Notes under the pieces: model-generated | What the model was told of the DNA's origin: nothing | The model's database searches: none | What the model saw: only the letters and a program-made list of their open reading frames with translations | Shown: one piece after another, positions 57,055-64,000 of the stretch | How the letters are laid out: each line of letters begins with the position of its first letter | How positions within the stretch are numbered: the stretch's first letter is position 1 | DNA from: a virus | IMG/VR virus record: IMGVR_UViG_3300045136_000892 | Reading direction: 5' to 3' (one strand) | DNA length: 64,000 nt | Translations under genes and position numbers: made by a program

Positions 57055-57477
57055 TCTAACCGGCTGGGCGGATCGCGAGGATCAACGGAGTGAGGATTCC
57101 TCCTCCTCGCTCACCGACGCCTGAAGGGACAGGCACCTTGAGTGAGTAGCAGCCCGAGCCCCGACAGGACAGTCGGCGGGACGCCAAGGACATGGGCCTG
57201 GTGTGCGCGCCCGTCGCCTTCAGGCACACAGGGCCCATCCTCCGCCAGGTCGAGAGGAAGGCGGAGCTCGTTCTGAAGAGCTTTGGCTCGGGCGCCCTGG
57301 CCCCGCCTGCGGGGTCGCCCCTTTCTGCTCATAGCAGGACATGTTCTGGACGACATCTTCGGGGAGCTATCCGGGAATGATTGGCTGGTTCTCATGGTGT
57401 TTGAAGGGGATCGGCTTCCTGGCTTTATCCGGCGCCAAGAGTTTGGGTATGGGATGAATCGAGCCGATCCGCACCAT

Positions 57478-58239
57478 CTGGTCACCGCTGAGGAGGTGGC
57501 CGTTCCCCCCGACGCCATCGGCTTCATATCGATCCGGGCCGGGATTAAATTCCGCGGCCTCGTGAACGTCTCGGGCTTCCACGTGGACCTCGGATTCAAG
57601 GGCCAGTTGAAGTTCGCCGTGTACAACGCCGGGAGCCAGACCATCAGGCTGGATCAGGGCCAGCCGATCTTCATGATCTGGTTCTGCGACCTGGACGACC
57701 CGACCAAGGACCTCTACAGGCCCAGGCCAGCGGCAAGGAATGTCATCACCGCGGACGATGTCTCGAAAATCCAGGGCGAGGTCGCTTCTCCCGCTGAGCT
57801 GAAGAAGCGGATCGATGAACTGAGGGCGGCATACGATCACAGAATCCTTGCGATCGAGAAGGAACAGCTCATCGTCAGAGCACTCCTGGTCGCCGTCATC
57901 GTGGCCGGCATCGGAATCCTCGTGAAGTCCCTGGTGGCAGGGGGCGGCAATCCGTCCCGGCCGGCGGCGAGTGCAGCCGAAGAAAGAGCAGTACCGGAGG
58001 GCGGTGGCGCCGGCGCGAGAAGCACCGGCGACGCCCCACGACGCCAGCCGAGGCAGTTCCTTCCCGACCTCAATGAGATCCGCGACTCTAGGGCCAACGC
58101 ATCTCTATTCCGGCCTCTTTCCAGGGTTCGGACGAAGTGTCTCGGTTCTCAAACGCTCGGAAGTTGGGCCGCCGACCCTGAAGATTCACGGATTTCCCCG
58201 AAATTGAGATGCGTTGGCCCTGTCCGTGACCCTGTCTAG
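57478..58239 (+). pseudogene. dCTP deaminase/dUTPase-fold gene with C-terminal TM, N-terminus missing
   Basis: TAEEVAVPPDAIGFISIR..GLVNVSGFHVDLGFKGQL..YNAG; in-frame upstream sequence does not resemble the family. Confidence 0.65.
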
Positions 58240-58533
58240 GGCGGCTGGTTCGTTCGCACGGTCAGCCCAGCAGCCGCTTGATTCTGCCGTTGACCCATGC
58301 GCTCGGCACCGCCGTCGAGGCCGGCAAGTGGATGACGACAAGCCGATGCGTGTCCGTGACGGCGGGGGCGATATCTGCCCGAGCGTATTCTCCGTGACGA
58401 CCCCGGCCAGAAGGAGCTACCCGTGGCCCGGGTGGCCCCCGGGCGGATAGGTCACCCCGCGCCGCCAGCTCGCCATATCTCCTGTGGTTCGACGGCGTGT
58501 AGCCGCGAACGACTCTTACCGGAGGTTGCGACG

Positions 58534-58773
58534 ATGGACGAGCAGAACCGTGCGAACGACCCGTCCCACGAGCTCCCGCAGCGGAGGCAGAGCGAACTGG
58601 TCCTCGAGCGGCTTCGGCTGACGGAGGATCGGCGCGCCGCGATCGACTCACGCCTCGCCGATCCGAACTACGTCCCCCGCCAGGTCGACTGGCTCGACGC
58701 CGGCCCGGACCCCTTCGGCATGGACTGGGACTGGCTCACCGAGCCCCCGGCCGCCGAAGGGAGCGAGTCGTAG
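58534..58773 (+). CDS. Hypothetical protein
   Basis: GGAGG RBS, 79 aa. Confidence 0.5.
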   Translation: MDEQNRANDPSHELPQRRQSELVLERLRLTEDRRAAIDSRLADPNYVPRQVDWLDAGPDPFGMDWDWLTEPPAAEGSES

Positions 58774-59099
58774 GTCGACCGAGGACGCGCCCCCGCCCGG
58801 ACCGCCCCGCGCTCCACCGTCGTGGTGTCGCGGGGCGGTCCGACGGCAGGGACGAGGCAGCTCGGAGGGCTTGCCGAGGTTTCTCCCCTGCAAGGTTTTC
58901 AGAGGCTAGTCGTCGAACCACCTCGTGCCTCCTCCGTCCCGTGCGCCGCCAAATGGCTCAACGGGCCAAGCCAGAGTGTCAATTCTGCTAGCACGAAAAC
59001 AAGACCCTCGGCGTGCCGGAAGCGATCGCCGAGGGTATGTAGCGGCACGCGAAACCCGCTCAGAAGCTGAGCGCGGCCGGGGGGCGACCAGACGCCCGC

Positions 59100-59280
59100 G
59101 GCGGGCGTCTCGGCGGGCCAGGCCGGCGAGGCGGGGCACCTGGCCGCGGTGCTGGAATCGGTACGGCCGCACGGCGGCGTGCCGGGTCGGCCGAGACGGC
59201 TGGCCGACGACGAGGCGTACAGCTCCCGCTCGGTCCGCCGATACCTGCGTGCCGGCGTCCGGACGGTCATCCTGGTTCCC
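59100..59280 (+). pseudogene. IS5-family transposase remnant
   Basis: SAGQAGE..RPRRLADDEAYSSRSVRRYLR..VI, a degenerate ADKAY motif. Confidence 0.55.
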
Positions 59281-59718
59281 TCGGTCCTTGCCGATGGGCA
59301 TGACGATCTCCGGCACCCGTCCCGAGGGCAGGGCCACGACTTGCCGCCCTTGCGTTCCCGGAGCAGGCGTCGCATCCCAAGGACCGCTCCCGGTCGCCCG
59401 TCTGCATCCCGACGCGGCGTGTGACGCGGAGTTCACGGGGACCCTCGGGGTCGCTGGCGACGCGGGGGGCGAGTCGACTCAATCCGTCGTCTCACGGCCG
59501 CAACCCCTTCCAGGCGGTGGCGGCGAGTGCCTTCACCCGGACGGCGTCGGGCGGCCGAATTCCCTTCCGCCTTCGAGCGATATTCGATATCGAAATAGCC
59601 GGGAACGTGATCGCGACAACGCGCGAGACCCCGACTCGACCCCCGTCCTCCGGCCACGAGGCGCGGGCGGCGAGTCGCCTCGCCGCGACGCGTCGACGGG
59701 GTGAGCTGAAGGAGACTT

Positions 59719-62700
59719 GTGCGAGGAGGACCAGACCGAGGGCGGCCCGAAGAAGACCGAGGCGACGCTCGACCTGCGGCGGGTCGACCGCCGCCCGCGG
59801 TGCGCGATCGCCCGGGGGACCGCGATCCGCGGGACGGGGCGGGCCTGGCCCGGGGGGAGTCGGCGGGTGCGACTCCGGGACCCGAAGGGTCAGGGGGCGA
59901 CTCACCGGGCTCGGAGCTCGAGGCCCTCCGGCTCCCTGGTCGGCCGGCCGACGCCGAACCGACGAATGACTCCGCGGCCCGCGACGGTCCCGGCGCGACC
60001 CCCCGGCCGCCGGCCCAACGGGTGTTCTCCTTCGACGGCCCCTCCATCCCCGGCCCGGCCCCGATGGCGGGGGGACCGGCCGACGGCGGGTCGGGACACG
60101 CGACGCACGGCGGGGTCCACGACGGACCGGAGGGCGCGCCGGTCCCGCCGCCGGCCAACTCCGTCGCCGCGGCCCGCGCGACGGTGGAGGCGATCCGCGT
60201 GCTGAAGGGGCTCGAGCGTGACGGCCGCCCCCCCACCGAGGCGGAGCGGAGGATCCTCGGGCGGTTCGGCGGGTTCGGGGCCCTGGCCCTCCGCATCTTC
60301 CCGGACCCGACGACCGGCCGTTTCAAGAGCCCCTCGTGGCGGGCCCTCGGCGACGAACTCCGGCGGCTGCTGACGCCCGAGGAGTACGCGGGCGCCCGAC
60401 GCACCGTCTTCAACGCCTTCTACACCTCGCCGACGGTCGTTTCGGCCATCTACCGGGCCTTGAAGCGGCTCGGAGTGCCCGAGGACGCCACGGTCCTGGA
60501 GCCCGGCTGCGGCCCGGGCGGTTTTCTGCGTCTCGCCCCCGAGGCGATGCGCTTCATCGGCGTCGAGCTCGACTCGCTCTCGGGCCGCATCGCCCGGGCC
60601 CTCCACCCGCGGCACGACATCCGCATCGAGGACTTCCGCGACACGCGTCTGCTCGAGGCGGTTGACGCGGTCGTCGGCAACCCGCCCTTCGCCGACCTCA
60701 GGCGCGAGCACGCCGGCGAGCGGTTCTCGCTCCACGACTACTTCCTCGCGAAGTCGCTCGACGCCCTCAGGCCCGGCGGCATCCTGGCGCTCGTCACGAC
60801 GCACCACACGCTCGACAAGCGCAACGCCCGGGTTCGGGACTACCTCGCGGGGAAGGCCGACTTCCTGGGGGCGATCCGCCTGCCGTCGGACGCCTTCGCC
60901 CGACAGGGGACGCGGGTCGTCGCCGACATCGTCTTCCTGCGACGTCGCGGGGCGGGGGACGGGGCACGCCACGCCTGCGACGACTGGCTCACGGTCGCCC
61001 CGCTCCCCGTCGAGGGCGTGGACGTGCCCGTCAACCGCTACTTCCACGAACACCCCGAGATGGTGCTCGGGACGTGGAGCCGCTCCGACCGACTCTACGG
61101 GGGCGAAGGGGGCTACGGCGTCGCGTCGGCCGGGCCACTCGATGAGGCCCTCCGGGCCGCCGTGGACCGGCTGCCGCGATTCGAGACCAGTCCGGCCGCG
61201 AAGGGCGGCGGGCCGGAGGCCCCGGCCCTCGCGGCCCCGCCCCCGGAGCGGCACGTCACCGAGGGGAGCTTTTTCATCGGCGAGGACCGGGTCATCCACC
61301 AGGTCGTCGACGGCCGGCCCGAAGCGGTCCTCTACGGCGGCAGGCGGCTCCGGGCCGACGGCACCATGACCGGTAGGCGCCTCGCGGCCCTCATCCGCCT
61401 CCGCGACGAGGCCCGGCGGGTCCTTCGATCCCAGAACGAGGGGTGGCCCGCGGGCCACCGCGACGCCGCCCGGGCCGCCCTCAACCGCGCCTACGACCTG
61501 TTCGTCCTCCGCCACGGGCTCATCAACAAGACGACCTTCAGCGAGTCGAGGGACGGGGTCGTCATCCAGCGCATGCCGAACGTCGTGAAGTTCGTCGAGG
61601 ACCCCGACGCCATGCTCGTCATGGCGCTCGAGGACTGCGACCCGACCACCGGCACGGCCGTCAAGGCGGCCGTCATGACGCGGGACGTGGTGGGCAGGAC
61701 GCCGCCCGTCACGACGGTCCGGAGTGCCGAGGAGGGGCTGCTCGTCTCGCTCGACCGAAAGGGCGTGGTCGACGTCCCGTACATCGCCGCCCTCTACGGC
61801 AGGGAGGAGGCCCGCGTCGTCGAGGAGCTGGGCGAGCTCGTCTACCGCGACCCCGAGACCACGACCTGGCGGACGGCGGACGAGTACCTCTCGGGCGACG
61901 TCCGAGCGAAGCTCAAAGCGGCCGAGGGGGCGGGGGAGGACTACGCCCGCAATGTCCTGGCCCTGCGGGCGGTGCAACCCGAGGACGTGCTCCCCGGCGA
62001 GATCGACGCCAACCTCGGGGCCCCGTGGATCCCCGCGGGCGACGTCCGAGCCTTCGCCGCCGGGCTCTTCGGCGTGCCGCCCTCGTCCATCGAGGTGGGG
62101 CACTTGAGGAAGGACGCGCTCTGGTCGGTCGAGGGCGACCACGACGCGATGACGAGCGTCCCGGCGACCACCGACTACGGCACGGCCCGGGCCAACGGCG
62201 TCTCCCTCCTCGAGCAGGCGTTGAACCTCAAGGCCCCGGTCGTCTACGACGCCGTGAATCACGGCGGCCGCGAGGAGCGGGTCGTGAACCGGGACGAGAC
62301 GCTCGCGGCCCGCGAGAAGCAGCGTCGCATCAAGGACGCCTTCCGCTCGTGGGTCTTCGCCGACCCCGGGCGGTGCGAGCGGCTGGTCCGGCTCTACAAC
62401 GACACCTACAACAACCTTCGGCCGCGGGCCTTCGACGGCTCGCACCTCGAGTTCCCGGGCATGAACACGACGATCTCGCTCCACCCGCACCAGCGGGACG
62501 CCGTCTGGCGGGGGATGTGCGGCGGGAACACGCTCCTGGCCCACGTGGTCGGTGCCGGCAAGACCTTCACGATGGCCGCCATCGGCATGAAGCGCAGGGC
62601 CGCGGGCCTGTCGAGGAAGCCGCTCTACGTCGTCCCGAACCACATGCTGGAGCAGTTCGCCCGCGAGTTCCAGCAGCTCTACCCGAACGCGAAGCTCCTG

Positions 62701-64000
62701 GTCGCCACCAAGGACGACCTCGTCCAGCGGCGGCGGAAGCGGCTCACCGCGAAGGTCGCGAGCTCCGAGTGGGACGGCGTGGTCATCACGCATTCGAGCT
62801 TCGAGCGCATCGGGATGTCACGCGAGTACCGGGCCCGGTTCTTGAGAGAGCAGATCGCCGAGTACGACCGGCTCCTCGTGGACGGCGAGGAGGGCTCGGG
62901 CCGGGCCCACCGGAACGTCATCAAGCAGGTCGAGAAGCAGAAGGCCCGCCACGAGGAGCGGCTCAAGGACCTCCTCGCCGAGGACAGGAAGGACGACGGC
63001 CTGGTCTTCGACGAGCTCGGGGTCGACTACCTCTTCATCGACGAGGCCCACTACTTCAAGAACCTCGAGACGCCCACCAAGATGGAGCGGGTGGCCGGCA
63101 TCCAGACGGGGGGGAGCGAGCGGGCCTTCGACCTCCTCATGAAGGTCAGGTACCTCGGCGAGCTCCACGAGGGACACGGCGTCACCTTCGCCACCGGGAC
63201 GCCCATCTCGAACACGATGGTCGAGATGTACACGATGCAGCGGTACCTGGACCCGAGGGGCCTGAGGGACCGCGGCATCGAGCACTTCGACGCCTGGGCC
63301 GCGACCTTCGGCGAGGTCGTCGACGCGATGGAGATCGCCCCGGACGGGGCGAGCCTGCGCCCCCGCAGCCGGTTCGCGAGGTTCGTGAACCTGCCCGAGC
63401 TCCAGCGGATGTTCCGGGCGTTCGCCGACGTGCAGACGGCGGCCATGCTCGACTTGCCGCGGCTCCGGCTCGCCGGCGGCAAGCCGGCCGTCGTCTCGTG
63501 CCCGATGTCCGAGGAGCAGCGGGCCGTCCAGGGGACGCTCGTCGAGCGGTACGAGCGGATCCGCTCGGAGCGGGTCGACCCGCGCGAGGACAACGCGCTC
63601 GCCATCACGACCGAGGGCCGGAAGCTCGCCCTCGACGCCCGGCTCCTCTCGGCCGCGGCGCCCGCGTCCTCCGAATCGAAGGTAGAGGCGCTCGTCGGCC
63701 GCGTGGCCGAAATCTGGCGACGGACCGAAGGGACGAATGGGACGCAGTTGGTCTTCTGCGACCTGGGCGTCAACCCCACCCCCTGGGGCTACTCGGTCTA
63801 CGACGAGCTCATCGCGAAGCTCGTCGCCGCCGGCGTCCCGAGGCGGCAGGTCGCCACCATCGGCGACGCCGACGGCGACGCCCGGAAGCAGGCCCTCTTC
63901 GAGCGGGTGCGGCAGGGGACCGTCCGGGTGCTCATCGGCTCGACGCAAAAGATGGGGACCGGGGCGAACGTCCAGCGCCGGCTCGCGGCCCTGCACCACC
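59719..64000 (+). CDS. Second DarB-like methyltransferase-helicase (runs off window; absent from ORF track)
   Basis: AAGGAG RBS + GTG 59719; LEPGCGPG, VGNPPF, AHVVGAGKT, DEAH, collinear with 8711-14065. Confidence 0.9.
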   Translation, partial: MRGGPDRGRPEEDRGDARPAAGRPPPAVRDRPGDRDPRDGAGLARGESAGATPGPEGSGGDSPGSELEALRLPGRPADAEPTNDSAARDGPGATPRPPAQRVFSFDGPSIPGPAPMAGGPADGGSGHATHGGVHDGPEGAPVPPPANSVAAARATVEAIRVLKGLERDGRPPTEAERRILGRFGGFGALALRIFPDPTTGRFKSPSWRALGDELRRLLTPEEYAGARRTVFNAFYTSPTVVSAIYRALKRLGVPEDATVLEPGCGPGGFLRLAPEAMRFIGVELDSLSGRIARALHPRHDIRIEDFRDTRLLEAVDAVVGNPPFADLRREHAGERFSLHDYFLAKSLDALRPGGILALVTTHHTLDKRNARVRDYLAGKADFLGAIRLPSDAFARQGTRVVADIVFLRRRGAGDGARHACDDWLTVAPLPVEGVDVPVNRYFHEHPEMVLGTWSRSDRLYGGEGGYGVASAGPLDEALRAAVDRLPRFETSPAAKGGGPEAPALAAPPPERHVTEGSFFIGEDRVIHQVVDGRPEAVLYGGRRLRADGTMTGRRLAALIRLRDEARRVLRSQNEGWPAGHRDAARAALNRAYDLFVLRHGLINKTTFSESRDGVVIQRMPNVVKFVEDPDAMLVMALEDCDPTTGTAVKAAVMTRDVVGRTPPVTTVRSAEEGLLVSLDRKGVVDVPYIAALYGREEARVVEELGELVYRDPETTTWRTADEYLSGDVRAKLKAAEGAGEDYARNVLALRAVQPEDVLPGEIDANLGAPWIPAGDVRAFAAGLFGVPPSSIEVGHLRKDALWSVEGDHDAMTSVPATTDYGTARANGVSLLEQALNLKAPVVYDAVNHGGREERVVNRDETLAAREKQRRIKDAFRSWVFADPGRCERLVRLYNDTYNNLRPRAFDGSHLEFPGMNTTISLHPHQRDAVWRGMCGGNTLLAHVVGAGKTFTMAAIGMKRRAAGLSRKPLYVVPNHMLEQFAREFQQLYPNAKLLVATKDDLVQRRRKRLTAKVASSEWDGVVITHSSFERIGMSREYRARFLREQIAEYDRLLVDGEEGSGRAHRNVIKQVEKQKARHEERLKDLLAEDRKDDGLVFDELGVDYLFIDEAHYFKNLETPTKMERVAGIQTGGSERAFDLLMKVRYLGELHEGHGVTFATGTPISNTMVEMYTMQRYLDPRGLRDRGIEHFDAWAATFGEVVDAMEIAPDGASLRPRSRFARFVNLPELQRMFRAFADVQTAAMLDLPRLRLAGGKPAVVSCPMSEEQRAVQGTLVERYERIRSERVDPREDNALAITTEGRKLALDARLLSAAAPASSESKVEALVGRVAEIWRRTEGTNGTQLVFCDLGVNPTPWGYSVYDELIAKLVAAGVPRRQVATIGDADGDARKQALFERVRQGTVRVLIGSTQKMGTGANVQRRLAALHH

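Noticed and set aside
59902-63999. Minus-strand 963-aa and 393-aa ORFs
   Set aside because: Antisense shadows of the plus-strand methylase-helicase

Overview
GC-rich mosaic of mobile-element DNA; abrupt changes of style near 7.5-8.7, 21.3 and 33.5 kb may be element ends or contig joins. (1) 1-7.5 kb: end of a tailed-phage late operon with tail fibre/spike genes, SleB-type endolysin, Rz/Rz1 spanins and small ORFs. (2) 7.8-21.3 kb: beta-carbonic anhydrase, an atypical tRNA-Gly, a DarB-like methylase-helicase, and a minus-strand RNA-repair operon (Ro60/TROVE, RtcB, HD hydrolase, HTH, unknown). The operon is headed by four tandem Y-RNA-like genes, three of which carry circularly permuted tRNAs. 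(3) 21.4-24.7 kb: lower-GC IS1595 island with a Leu-type tRNA bearing an Asp anticodon, a structured leader plus 34-aa hydrophobic peptide, and a probable antisense sRNA. (4) 24.7-33.1 kb: defence cluster with an MmeI-like RM gene and a DpdA-like transglycosylase, UvrD helicase and Fe-S nuclease. (5) 33.6-64 kb: integrative mobilisable element at a tRNA-Ala 3' fragment, carrying int/xis, MOBF relaxase, coupling protein, vWA + kinase, two AbiE pairs, an AlkB-like gene, sigma factor + ImmA/IrrE peptidase + Ubl-E2-JAB-E1 operon, a truncated dCTP deaminase and a second DarB-like gene running off the end. Best novelty candidates: the permuted-tRNA Y-RNA array, the mismatched Leu/Asp tRNA and the three-gene DpdA system. 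All family calls are from motif recognition by eye; no searches were run.
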